NCBI RefSeq assembly: GCF_000281045.1 | Contig: NW_008246101.1 | Span: forward strand, 56,784 to 96,866 | From: Saprolegnia diclina VS20 | Lineage: Eukaryota | DNA: 40,083 nt | Direction: 5' to 3' | Shown: positions 1 through 11,357 of the stretch, in pieces | Position numbering within the stretch: the stretch's first letter is position 1 | Layout of the letters: each line of letters begins with the position of its first letter | Notes under the pieces: model-generated | The model's input: the letters and a program-made list of their open reading frames with translations, nothing else | What the model was told of the DNA's origin: nothing | The model's database searches: none | Made by a program: the position numbers and the translations under genes

Positions 1-769
1 CCCTCAGCACGATCGTTCGCGAGCCGGACAAACTGCCATCTCGAAGCGAACTTGGGTGTGCGCCTCAGTGGGAGCTCCAACGAAAGGGAGGACCACCGTT
101 GTGCTGGTAGGTAGCGCACTTGCCGCTACCTTCTGAAAGCTACACACCACCCAACTCGTCGTGCGTGATGCTCGACCAGTGAACAGGAAGTTGCACGGGT
201 ATTACTCTCTGCGTATTACAGAGCGGTGCAACGGTCGGCACCTCCGCGGTCGGTCGCTGGCTTCGTAGATTCTGAGGTGCATATCGGCAACGGAATGTCG
301 CTCGACCGTCCTGCTGCTTGGAATGTCTGTGGGGCGACTTTGGGTTCGCCACGTGGAGCTATCTCTGGCGCACACGCTAATTAGTCCATTCACTAATATA
401 CGTTTACAGTATGTACCGACTGCAACGTTGCCCTCCCATCTCCAAGCCCAAGCGTCGCCGTTCGTGCTCGTTCAAGGGCGCTTGGTGCGAGTTGGTGTGA
501 TCTGAACCGATCCCATGGGTTTCAACTTGGTTTCAACATAGTTTGAAAGGTTTCCATTTCCTGCAGGTTTTCTTCTCACAACTTTAGGAGGATCTTAGAG
601 TACTAAGAATGTACGGATACATGGTATTAAATGCTAGAGGTACTGGTAGGAATCGAACGCCACATTCCGGACGACTCACGACCGACCGACTGACCACATA
701 ATTTGCATCGCCGCCGACTGGCCATATTGAACGGAGCTTGCAGTAATCGGGTATTTGCGAATTGTCGCC

Positions 770-1162
770 ATGCCACGGACCCATTCGGCCCGCGAGAGCG
801 CCGGCGTCGTGCTCTTTGACGCCTCAGACACGCGCTGGTCGGGCGTCTGCACGACTACGCGGACTTCCATCATGCTCGACCTCTCGTACCTCTACGACCC
901 TATCTCGCCCAAGCACGATGCCAAAGCGGCCAGCACGGACGCGACGACCAAGTCGGCGACCGATACAACGTGCAGCAGCACCACCGAGTCCCTCGGGAGT
1001 CGTCGGCATCGCCGGCGAACCACGTCGGTCGTCGAGACGCACCGCCCGCACGACGCCAAGTGGTTCACGCCCGTCTCCAAGTTCTTTCGGTCGCTCTTCC
1101 GCCCGCGCGACCGAGACTCACTGCTGCTTCCCGTCCAACGGCCCTCCAAGTATTACAAATAG
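770..1162 (+). CDS. Hypothetical Ser/Thr-rich protein (~130 aa)
   Basis: Single ORF from ATG 770 (gccATG context) to TAG 1162 with GC3-rich codons like neighbouring genes; no recognisable domain. Confidence 0.5.
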   Translation: MPRTHSARESAGVVLFDASDTRWSGVCTTTRTSIMLDLSYLYDPISPKHDAKAASTDATTKSATDTTCSSTTESLGSRRHRRRTTSVVETHRPHDAKWFTPVSKFFRSLFRPRDRDSLLLPVQRPSKYYK

Positions 1163-1963
1163 GGCTCTCTGGTGCAGTGATATTTATACACTCCCGTCGT
1201 CGCGTCATCGTAGACATATACCGTAGTACAAACCTGTAGCTATCTCTGCGTTCGCCCTTGCCCTGCTGCTACGGCGTGCGCCCCGGGAAGAGGGAACAGT
1301 ATCAAGAATGGCAAGTGCAAAGTCGCTGGCAGCGCGAAATAGTGTTCATTTCCGCGATCCTGTGTCAGGTTTTTGCAGCCCGGAACCCGTCGAGTCAAGG
1401 GTGAGGTACACTAGGCTCACGTCTGGCCTTGTACCGAGAGCTGGCGGTAGATGAACGAGGAAGGCGGAAGGTGCGTCGGGCGAGAAGGGCAGCACGCGCA
1501 TGCAGGAGAACGCTTCGTCTCCGTTTCGAATGAGCCAGCTGCACGCGGCGCGAGAATCTTGACAAGAATTTTCGCCCGCAGTGGCAGAGAGCGCGGCTCT
1601 CCTCATCCTGCAATTGGCACACATCTCGCCAAAGCTCCGTGAAAGTTGATAGAAGCCAACGATAGAATATAGCAAAAAGGAGTACCTGCTATGAGAAGCA
1701 AATGCATCATTAGTGTCGGTCCTGAGCTCCAGCTTCAATGAGCTCTGCCATCGCTCGTTTGGTGGGATCGGGTGTCGCAAAAAAGACACATCAAACTTCG
1801 GAATCTTTGGCCAGGCGATCCGGTTACCAGTCGACTCAACGCATTTCATCCAATCGAAACGCATGGATTCAAAATACCTGGATCCGATTGGCTATAAATA
1901 TCCGGCAGCCCACCAATTATTCCCCTCCGCAAGCCATATTCGAATATTTCCGCAACCGCAGAG

Positions 1964-3080
1964 ATGGCCCGGGGTGTACGACGACGAAGCGATCCACGGA
2001 TGTCCCCCGACGCTCATGCTGCATGTAGGACAAGCGAAAGCGCGACGAGCATGACGATGGCGAGGACCACCATGCGCAAGAGAAGCACTCGACGCAGGGC
2101 TCTGGCGACGAGTCCGATACCTCGGACGAAGAAAAGCCGTTGAAGCCCGTGCCCGAGGCGTCGACGCGCCGCGAGCTCAAAGAAGGTAGCCGATCCTCGA
2201 AATTGGCCCTCGCCTAAAATGCTTTACTAGGCGAACCTGGCTCGCTCACGGGCCGGCCACTGCGCTTGTTTGCGGATGGCATTTTCGATCTCTTCCATTT
2301 TGGCCACGCCCGCGCGCTGCAGCAATGCAAGCAGGCGTACCCGAACGTGTACCTTCTCGTGGGCTGCTGCAACGACGAGATGACGCACCGCCTAAAGGGC
2401 CGCACGGTCATGTCGGAAGAAGAGCGCTACGAGTCGCTGCGCCACTGCAAGTGGGTCGACGAGGTCATTGAAGGCTCGCCGTGGGTGCTTACGGACGAGT
2501 TTCTCGACAAGCACCAGATCGACTACGTGTGCCACGACGCGATCCCGTACACGGACTCAAGCGGCCAGAGCGGCGACGGCGGTACGTTGCGTAATTGCCG
2601 GTTGCGCCGACGGCTCATGCCAAATCGACGTAGGCGATGTCTACGCCCACATCAAGGCCATTGGCAAGTTCCACGAGACGCAGCGCACAGACGGCATCTC
2701 GACGAGCGACCTGATCATTCGCATCATCAGCGAATATGACACGTTCATCCGACGCAACCTCCAGCGCGGCTACTCAGGCAAGGAGATGAACGTGCCCTTT
2801 ATGAAGGAGAAGGCCATCAAGCTCGACATGGCTATGGACAAGGTCAAGCACGACATTGAAGACTACTTCCACAAGGTCTTTGGCAAGGCCGACGACGTCC
2901 AGCACTCCTTCTTGAACCTCTTCTCCAAGGAAGGCGCGCTCGTACGTTGGATATTGCATATTGCACTTGAGGCGCGCGCACTCACGAACGGTTTTGAACT
3001 TGTAGCGCACGTCGCTCCGGAAACGGCGAAAGATTCTGCGCGAAAGCCTCGCCGACATGGCGCGCGAAGGTTTGTGCTAA
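1964..3080 (+). CDS. PCYT1: Choline-phosphate cytidylyltransferase (CCT), 5 exons
   Basis: Spliced model 1964-1975, 2029-2185, 2231-2581, 2634-2941, 3006-3080 (all GT..AG). Contains [19 protein letters not shown] (HxGH), [24 protein letters not shown] and [11 protein letters not shown] motifs, then an amphipathic segment. Confidence 0.93.
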
Positions 3081-3442
3081 GTGCTTTGCCGACGCCGATT
3101 GGTCGAAATTAATATAAATACCACACCGTCCGTGTCCATGATTCGCCCCCCTGTAGCCAATCACCGACCGACACGATAGGCGCGCTGATTGGCTCGACTG
3201 TAGCTTATCACCGCGGTTGCCGCGCGAGCCAGCTGGTGAGTGGGTGGTGCGTCTTTTATTCAACCGCGCGCATTCTTTTACTCCAAAAGGCTTCTTTTAA
3301 TCCTGCGGTCGATCGCTGGAGCCGCCCAAGCCGTGGTCGACCACGGACTAAGCTCAGGTCGATAGCTAGCGCACATGTGTCTCCCGGTCATGCAGGAAAA
3401 CTTGGAGATAGACATTAAGCAGGAAATAAGATCTGGGATCGC

Positions 3443-4188
3443 TCAGGCGGTGAAGACGTAGCCGTGTTGCTGGAAACCGTGCAGCGTGACGTTGACTTCG
3501 ACGGTCGCAAAGCCCTGGGACGTGACGCGCGTCAGCTCGCGGCCGTCGCTTTGGGCAATGAACTTCGCGTCGAAAAACTATCAATGACCGTGTAGACTGC
3601 CACGTCATTTCGACATCGTACCTCGGGCGGTGACGCAGTGAGCCACGCAATGAAGCCTTGCAGCATGCTCGACGACTGCGGTTTGAAGAGCGGGATGCGC
3701 TTCGTGTGGGTCCCCGCGACCGTTGGTAGCAGCACCGAGCCGTACCCGCGGATGACGTCACGTCCCAGCATGTCCATCCCGTAGACCTATGCGGACTCAA
3801 GGCGCTGCTCGAGAATTGCGTCTCCTTCGTACGCTCAGTACAAGCCGCGGCCACCCGAACGGGTTGGTGGTCTTGAAGGTCATGTCGAGCGGAAAATGAA
3901 ATGCAATCTCGCGCCGCGCCGCTGCCCGGTACCCGATCTGTGAGAGCCCGCTTTCCACGCCCTATTCAGCTGCATGTACAGGACTTGGGATGTCCAAGCT
4001 CGGTTTCTTACGTGTTCCAAGTGCCAGTCGGACCCGTACGTGAGCCCGTACTTGCAGTAGAGGTTCTCAACACCGTCGTACTAGGTGCCTTCAGACGGAC
4101 GTGATATGACACGAGTTGATACCGTAATGGACTGGATTTGGCCCGTGCACATGACGTGAAAGCTTGATGCGACCGTCGGCGCGGCCAT
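3443..4188 (-). CDS. B9D1: B9 domain-containing protein 1 (ciliary transition zone, MKS module), multi-exon
   Basis: Exons read FHVMCTGQIQS, NLYCKYGLTYGSDW, FPLDMTFKTTNPFGWPRLVLS, YGMDMLGRDVIRGYGSVLLP..GTHTKRIPLFKPQSSS and IAQSDGRELTRVTSQG, colinear with B9D1/MKSR1. Stop TGA at 3443-3445. Confidence 0.9.
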
Positions 4189-4680
4189 CGCGCTCGCGAT
4201 CTTGAAGGGGTGTGGATCGTCCGGATACCGCCGGCGTGACTGCTTGGTTCGATGCAATTGAGCGTCGTGATGCTGGACAGGGCATCCTCCAGCGTCTCTA
4301 CGGCGAAGAACGACCGAGCGGCTCGTGCACTCTGCTCTGTCAAGAGGCGAGGTGGACGCAAAGACCCCACACGTCGCACTACGAGTGCACACAAGGACGC
4401 CACACGTATCCGGATTCATCCCAACAACCTGCCTCAGGCTTTACCAAGCTTAGTACAACGCAGCACCTGCCAGGGTGGTGCATCATGGTGGTGCCGGTCG
4501 AGTGCAAAGTGTTGAGACTGCCGGTCAAGACGAAGGCGGCTCGTCACGGGACAGGCTTCGGTGTTTGGACAAGCCGAGAAGCATATCTTGGGACAAACGG
4601 GACAAACCGTCTTTCTTAGTTAGTCGATGGTGTATAATAGTCGTAGCACAGATAAAAACAAGCGGCGATAACCAGTGATC

Positions 4681-6434
4681 ATGTCCAAGCGCCGCAATGA
4701 GAATGGCCAGATGCGCCGCGAGGAGTACGAGGCCGAAGAGGACCGCGACCCTCGCGAAGACGACACGGTCGCTGGCTACGGCATGACGCGCGCCTCCGAA
4801 ACGGAGATCTCCAAGCGCCGTATCGTCGTGCCTAAGGGCAAGCGCCCGGCGCCCGCGGTCGCGCCCGCTGCGGTACGTTCGCCGCAGCTATGCGACGATG
4901 GCGCCCATGCGAAGCATGTGTGTAGGCGCCGGCGTCGAGCAACCCGTTCAGCGGCTTCACGGGCCTGACGCAGGCGGCCCCCGCGCCCTCGGCGAATCCA
5001 TTCAGCGGCTTTACAGGGCTCACCAACCCGACGCCCGCCGCCAAGCCCGTGGTGGCCGCGCAGACGCCTGTGCAGCACACGCCCTTGTCGGACGACTGGA
5101 TCAAGGCAAAGACGTCAGGTCTCTCGCGCGACGCGGCGCTTGGCGCCGTCATGGAGGTGCTCAACAAGGAGTTCTTTGCATTTGTGAGCCAGCAGGTGGT
5201 CGAGAACCCGATGACGTTCTGGAATGGCGCTGTCCAAGTACGTTCTATGGCATGTTTGACGCAGGCCTCATGTGTGCATGCGTGTAGGACTACATTCGTC
5301 AAGCGCACGAGCTCGAAGCCAAGGTAACGGCGCTGCACGCGCCGGTCAAGAAGATGGCGCCGCCGGCACCGCCGACTGGCTTTTCGTTTGGCGCCGCACC
5401 AACGACGTCTTCTGACAAGCCCTCGACGGGCTTCTCGTTCGGTGCTGCGCCGACCTCAACGACGACGACGACGACTGGCTTTTCCTTTGGTGCGGCCGCT
5501 CCGTCTGCGACCACGTCGAGCCCGGCCAAGCCGGCGACGACGACTGGCTTTTCGTTCGGTGCCAGCGCTACGCCTGCGAGCCCCGCCAAGCCCGCGACGA
5601 CGATTGGCTTTTCCTTTGGCGCGGCCGCTCCGTCTGCGACGACGACGGGCTTCTCGTTTAGCTCGAGCACAACACCGGCGAGTCCGGCCAAGCCGGCAAC
5701 AACAACCGGTTTTTCCTTTGGTACGACCACGACGTCGAGCCCCGCTACGAGCGCACTGGCCGCGACAGCTAGCCTGGCCAAGCCGACGTCGGGCTTCAGC
5801 TTTGGTGCCGCGCCGGCCCCTGCGGCCTCTTCTGCGTTTGCCTCGACGCCGGCGTCATTTTCTTTTGGCGGCGCGGCCGCACCTGCCGCGTCATCGTCGT
5901 CTTTCTCGTTCAACTTGCCCAAGGCGGTCCCGGCGCCGGCGGCCACGGAGGACGAGGACGACGAGAACATTGGTCGGGAAGAGGCGACGGTCATCATCAA
6001 GGTACACCACTAGCCGCTAGCATCTGTCGCTCAAGCTTGCGTAGTCGTCCTCGGAAGCCGACGAGACGGTCGTGTACGAAGTCGACGAGCTCCGCATCCG
6101 TCATTTCAAGGCGGCCGAGAAGCGCTGGGCCGACATTGGCAAGCACCCGTTCAAGATTCTCCAAAACAACTCGACCAAGGCCGCACGGTACATGACACCT
6201 TGTGGCAACTTCTTGTTCTTAGTCCATCTTAGCATTCTGTCGCGCAACTCGATTGGCAAGATCATGATCAACGCCGCGCTGTACAAGGGCCTCAAGGTCA
6301 CGGTGGCGCCCAACAAGAAGGGTGTGATGCTGACCTTGCTCCATGAGGGCGAGCCTACGAGCATGCTTCTCGGTATCGCGGCGGATCGCGTTGAGGAGCT
6401 CAAGGCCGCGATCGAAGGCGCGTGCCCGCAGTAA
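4681..6434 (+). CDS. NUP50: Nup50/Nup2-like nucleoporin (N-terminal importin-alpha-binding segment, FxFG repeats, C-terminal Ran-binding-like domain)
   Basis: N-terminus MSKRRNENGQMRREEYE...RASETEISKRRIV matches the Nup50 pattern. Many GFSFG repeats; C-terminal WADIGKHPFKILQN..ARILSRNSIGKIMINAALY is RanBD-like. Introns 4873-4925, 5238-5287, 6002-6044, 6188-6232. Confidence 0.82.
5377..5910 (+). repeat. Coding FxFG repeat array within the Nup50-like gene
   Basis: Recurrent ggcttttcctttgg/ggcttctcgttcgg units encoding GFSFG, with duplicated spacers (SPAKPATT, GAAAPSATT). Confidence 0.85.
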
Positions 6435-7239
6435 TCGTCGCAACCTATGATTTGATTTTTAAGATTGAGATTGAGCACCCGCTCTCGCTTTTAATTGGCC
6501 AAAAAATGATTACGAAAGTGGCCAATGAATGGGTGCCATTTGCATTTGGCGCCATCGGATTGGTCAATAATAAATACACGCACGGGATTGGCTGAAATAC
6601 GACGAGTGGCGTTGGGAGCTTCGGGCGTTCGGGGTTGGATCATTCTCAAAGTAGCGTCGTAGGAGAGAGTAGCGAGAGCACGGCAAGCTGCATGGCAGAT
6701 GTGAGCGCTGGCACACTGAAAAGTATGGCAGCGCTCGTTTTGTGCATGTTGAAAATTCCGTGCAACAGCAACTTCACTTGTAGTGTGTAGAAGGAAGGAT
6801 GCCTTTGCCCACGTCCTTTCTTCAAGAATCAAGTGGGAAATTCACGATTCAAAATTAGTCAAGTAGACGTTAGCAGCAGCCTTCTGCAAGCGCTTAATTT
6901 GCTAAAAACCCTTCGGTGTCAAGTCCAGTCCTTCTCGTGTACAACAGGCAACTCGTGCACCGAGCAAGCAAGTAGCAAGCACCCGCATCAAATTCACGCC
7001 GCTTCATTCCTTACAGCCAAGAGCACAGTCCCTTCCGACTAGTCTACTGCGCCAGACCGACTGCGCTGCCCACGGTTGTGAAGCCGCCAGAAGAGGCTTC
7101 CTGGTGACTGCCACGCTGACTGACGACTGCACAACCCGGCGACTATCATGTGAAGCAATTAAATCATTCAAAATTTGTATGCAATACTTTGCGTTCTCGC
7201 GCATCTGATCGCCGACTACACTTTTCAAATTGCACCAAG

Positions 7240-7488
7240 ATGGCCGAGCTCCAGGAAGCGATGATCGACCGCTGCATTGAGGACATTTGGCACACGTTCG
7301 ACCAAGACCAGAACGGGTACCTCGACCGCGACGAGACGCGCGCGTTCATTGACGCCATGGCCGAGGCCATGAACGGCACAACACGCCTCGACTTTGACGC
7401 GTGCTTTGACGAGTACGATCAGAACCGCGACGGCCGCCTCAGCCGCGACGAAATGCGCGTCTTTGTCAAGCAGCTCATGGGCCTGTAG
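7240..7488 (+). CDS. Small two-EF-hand calcium-binding protein (82 aa)
   Basis: Two canonical loops, DQDQNGYLDRDE and DQNRDGRLSRDE. Intronless; Inr/FPR-like cacttttcaaattgc just upstream. Confidence 0.9.
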   Translation: MAELQEAMIDRCIEDIWHTFDQDQNGYLDRDETRAFIDAMAEAMNGTTRLDFDACFDEYDQNRDGRLSRDEMRVFVKQLMGL

Positions 7489-7540
7489 ACGCCACGCACT
7501 TGCGCCTTATTGTCGTTCTTATAGCTGTTGTAACTCATAG

Positions 7541-9694
7541 CTACCGTGGCTTGTCCGGACTCGTTTTTGAAATCGCGGGCAAAATGACCTTGCCCGTCGT
7601 TGGGGGCTCTTCCGAGCGCGGTCGGGGCGGCGATGGTGGATGGTGGCTCATCGGATGAATGTGCACGTGACCTTGGACGGCGAGGCGCGGCGGTCCACTT
7701 GCTTCGACGACACTGCTGCTGCTCTTGACGAGCGGGTGCGGCTGCTTCTTGCGTCGCTGCGCCTCAAACACGGGGTGTTCGTACACGTCCTGAATTCCAA
7801 GGCGGGTTTTGGTCGACGCATCGAGCATGAGCAGCAGTAGCTCTTTGATCGGCGGCGAGTAGAGCTGCATGGCTGGTGCGTCGAGGGCGTCTCGTAGCTT
7901 GGCGAGGTTCTAGCGCTGCTCAGACGCGAGACATGGAGCGATCTCGTACCGCATGGATGGTATCGCGGTACAGAGCGCGGTCGCCGAGGACGTCGAGCGA
8001 ATACGCCGTCATCCACACCGACAAGAAGAAGGTATTGCCGAGCAAGAGCTACGCAGAGATTTTGGTGCACGGGATAAGAACAGAGAGGACGCTACCTCGA
8101 GAAGAATGCACCCGAGGCTCCACACATCGGCTTTGAACCCGTCGTACGTCTCGGCGAGGAGGATTTCCGGCGCAAAGAAGCCGGGACTGCCGCAAAAGTC
8201 GCTCAGCGGCTTTCGTCCGCGGGCCACGCGGTAGCACAAGCCAAAGTCGACGATCTTGACGCTGGCCGACTCGGGCGCAAACAGAATGTTTTCGCTATCA
8301 CAAGCGAGCGTCAAGACACGTGGCAGTCCGACATCGACGTACGGCTTGAGGTCGCGGTGGCAGTACCCGTGCGTGTGCAAATGCCGGATCGCGTCGACGA
8401 TCTTGAACATGACGTGGACGGCGGTGGCCTCCGAGATGCCATCTACCAAGTATTTGAGCTGCCATCAAGCCGTAGGTTATCTACTCTCGTGCGCGCCAAA
8501 GTACTCGAAGAGGTCTTTGCCGCCGCGGTCCGTCACCAAGTACATGAACTTTGGTGTGTGGATGATGTCGCGCAAGTAGAGGACGCTCGGGTGGCGCAAG
8601 AGCGGGTCCGAGAGCGCTGATATCTCCATCTGGATGCGCTGGAGCGCCAGCACATCCAAGAGCTTGGCCTTCTCAATGACCTTGACTGCGAGCGGCGGCG
8701 ACGGAGCTAGCGCTGTAAAGGACGGGTCGGCCGGCGCGTCTGGCCGCACGCAACATGCAAACACCGACGCGTACTGGCCCTCGCCGATGGTCGCTTGGAT
8801 CGTGTACTTGCCAATAGCATGGACGGTCTCTTCGACGTTGTACGAAACACTCGGAATGCTCGCCATCGACGGGTCGTGCGCGGGGAGGTACTCCCACAAC
8901 ACGCGCTGGTGCACCTCGGAGACTCTAATTTGCAGGCTGAAGAATCGTTCCCGTAGCGTTGGCGTACTTTGCGTATTGCGCCTGGAGCTCCTGAACGTCT
9001 TGTTGGAACTGGGCAAACTCGAGCTGCATCGAGTGACAGCGGGTTTCTGCCTCGTCCAACGCCACTTGGAGCTCCTAAGTGCTGCTTTGAGAACGCTGGG
9101 TCGTCGCAACGAGGTTCAACGCGTAGCCGCAACGGCGCAGTCGGTAACAGCGCGTCAAGCTCGTCGTTTGCTCTTCGCACGACCCAGGAACACTAGGTAT
9201 TCCTGATGCACCCATGGCATTGAGGTTGACTGTGCATACCGCTTGCTGCTGCTGTACGGCGTGGCGGTGCACCTACGCATGCAGTGGCGTTAGGTCTCTA
9301 TCGGCCAACACGTGCCGTACTTCGTCCAGCGTGAGCACCGCGCCCGAGAGAGCTTGGATGCGGATGACCGAACCTGGTCAACGTGGAATGACTCGCAACG
9401 ACGGGAGAACGTACTGGAGGCCAAGAGCGCGGCGATGCCTTCGGTGGCCGCGGGCGTCGGCGCCACGACGACGTAGACGTCCATGCGGTCAACCAAAGCT
9501 GCAGTTTCAGACGACGTTCCACACAGCGTCATGCTCCGAGAAACCGTCGACTTTGGTATGCGCGCTGTACCACAACGATGCACAATGCTACGTAGAGAGC
9601 GTTGCGGCATGCGAGGTCCTTGTCGCTCTCCTTGTCGACTCCCAGTTTTTGCTTTTTCAATGGACCACCACCGCGAGCGGTTGACGGCTACCAT
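7541..9694 (-). CDS. Ser/Thr protein kinase (CAMK/CAMKL group) with N-terminal coiled coil, multi-exon; start uncertain
   Basis: Motifs IGEGQYASV, LAVKVIEK, HRDLKP|ENIL, IVDFGL, FCGSPGFFAPE and KADVWSLGCIL across short introns. An upstream exon ELQVALDEAETRCHSMQLEFAQFQQDVQELQAQYAK looks coiled-coil. Confidence 0.88.
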
Positions 9695-9886
9695 CTTGAA
9701 TCCGCCCAAAACTGCAACATAAACAGTGCTCGGACTGCTAACTGCCGCTTGGTAATCATCGCCAGTGCACGTCGTCCCTCATCCGTGTTGCGTCTATGTC
9801 CAAACGGCATGGCGGCCATGTTCGAGACTTGGACAGTGCAGTTTACTTTGACAAATAGTCAGGTCCATTTTGTTAAATAGTCGGCT

Positions 9887-10063
9887 TTAATACCCAAACG
9901 CATCGTCGTGCGTCGCTTCGCCGATCGTGGAGACGTCGTAGAGCGCGGCCAGCATGGCCGTGATGCGCTCGTAGAACGGCGACGCTTGGTTGAGGCGCAG
10001 ATTGGGGCGCGCTTCCGCTGCGGCCAGCAAGACAGCGCAGACCACCAGTGCCCACAGTCGCAT
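9887..10063 (-). CDS. Small secreted peptide (58 aa)
   Basis: MRLWALVVCAVLLAAAEA-RPNLRL...: classic signal peptide with AEA cleavage site; GC3-rich codons. Confidence 0.65.
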   Translation of the reverse strand: MRLWALVVCAVLLAAAEARPNLRLNQASPFYERITAMLAALYDVSTIGEATHDDAFGY

Positions 10064-10365
10064 CTCGGGACGAATTGGCGACTGCGAGTGAGTTCTTCGG
10101 CTGGGTGCTGGCATCGAACTGAACGTCCAGAGCCAGATCTGGAATCGGACGATCTTGGAGTTGATGGACCAATCACGGGGCGTCGACCGCATATCCCGTC
10201 ACAAAATGGCCAATGAGAGCGCGAAGCGTTGCGTGATTGGCCGAAATTGGCGCGCCACGTGGAGAATGCAATGGCCAGACCGTTCCATCGTGCGCGAGCG
10301 CTGGATGCTGCGCCGCCGTCGCGCCGCCCACTCGTCGCCCCATTTCCAATCTACCTGCAAGAAGC

Positions 10366-11211
10366 ATGCGCTCGACTCTGGTCATGTGGCTCGCGGCCGT
10401 CGCGGCCGTGGTTCTCTCGTCCACCGTCGCTGCCCAACAACAACAACAAGAGCTACCAGCCGGGCTCGAAGACTATGTCAAGCAGCAGCTTGCGCAAGCC
10501 ATATCCCAAGACGTCGCCCAAGAGGTCGCGCGGGCCGTCGCAGAGCGTGTGGCGCAGGAGCAGCGCAACCGCCTCTACTCGTCGCCGCCACCGACGTCGC
10601 TCACGCCGACGACGACGGCCCCGACATCCGGTAGCAACCAGCCAGTGCTAAGCTCGCCAGCGCCCGCCGACGCGGCTCACATCCAAGGCGAGCTCCGCGC
10701 GATCGCTCAGCAGCGCGCTGAGCTCCAGAGGGAGCAAGAAGCGCTCAACAAGGAGCGCACTGCGCTCAACGAGGTGATTGCGCAGCTGCAAAACCGGTCG
10801 ACGGCACCGGCAACCATCGCCCCGGTCGCAGTCAACGCATCGACACCGGTGACTGTTTCGGTCGCGTCGACGGCCGACGGCATCGCCACTACCACTGACA
10901 ACGACGACGGCGGTGCGCCGTGGGGCATCATTGGTGTCTGCGTCGGTCTCGTGGCCGCCGTTGCGCTCGTCGTCGTCGGCGTCAAGAAGCGCAACGAGAT
11001 GAACGACGGTCTCGAGACGCCGGCCGAGTACGCTTCGGGTTTCCACACGGCCGAGGCCGCCAGCGCGAGAGAGAGCAAGTGGGGCTCGTACGAGGTCGTG
11101 ACGCCACTCGACTTGGCGGGTGTGCCGCCCGAAGACCCGATTCTCGACGACGCAACCGGAGTCGAGGCGCCAAAGCAGCTCCACGTGCGCGGTCTCGAAG
11201 CGGTGCTCTAA
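10366..11211 (+). CDS. Type I single-pass membrane protein (signal peptide, coiled coil, Thr/Pro-rich stalk, TM helix, cytoplasmic tail)
   Basis: Signal MRSTLVMWLAAVAAVVLSSTVAA; heptad-rich ELRAIAQQRAELQREQEALNKERTALNEVIAQLQ; TM GIIGVCVGLVAAVALVVVGV followed by KKR. Confidence 0.85.
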   Translation: MRSTLVMWLAAVAAVVLSSTVAAQQQQQELPAGLEDYVKQQLAQAISQDVAQEVARAVAERVAQEQRNRLYSSPPPTSLTPTTTAPTSGSNQPVLSSPAPADAAHIQGELRAIAQQRAELQREQEALNKERTALNEVIAQLQNRSTAPATIAPVAVNASTPVTVSVASTADGIATTTDNDDGGAPWGIIGVCVGLVAAVALVVVGVKKRNEMNDGLETPAEYASGFHTAEAASARESKWGSYEVVTPLDLAGVPPEDPILDDATGVEAPKQLHVRGLEAVL

Positions 11212-11357
11212 ATGTACCAGTCGTTTTCATGTCTAATGAATGGAGCGGCTGCGTTGGCCCCCTTGAGCACGGACTAGTATTTAACCAGTGGTCACTTTCG
11301 CTTGCTATCGCACGATATTCTGGGAGTGTCAGCAACTTAAATAAATGGTTGGAGGCG

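Noticed and set aside
1..760. Short ORFs at the window start and in 1240-1900, 28530-29550 and 35000-36780
   Set aside because: No motifs, codon bias or consistent splice pattern; treated as intergenic or UTR.
9995..10010. RPNLR after the signal peptide as an RxLR effector motif
   Set aside because: The spacing is RxxLR, not RxLR, and no dEER follows.
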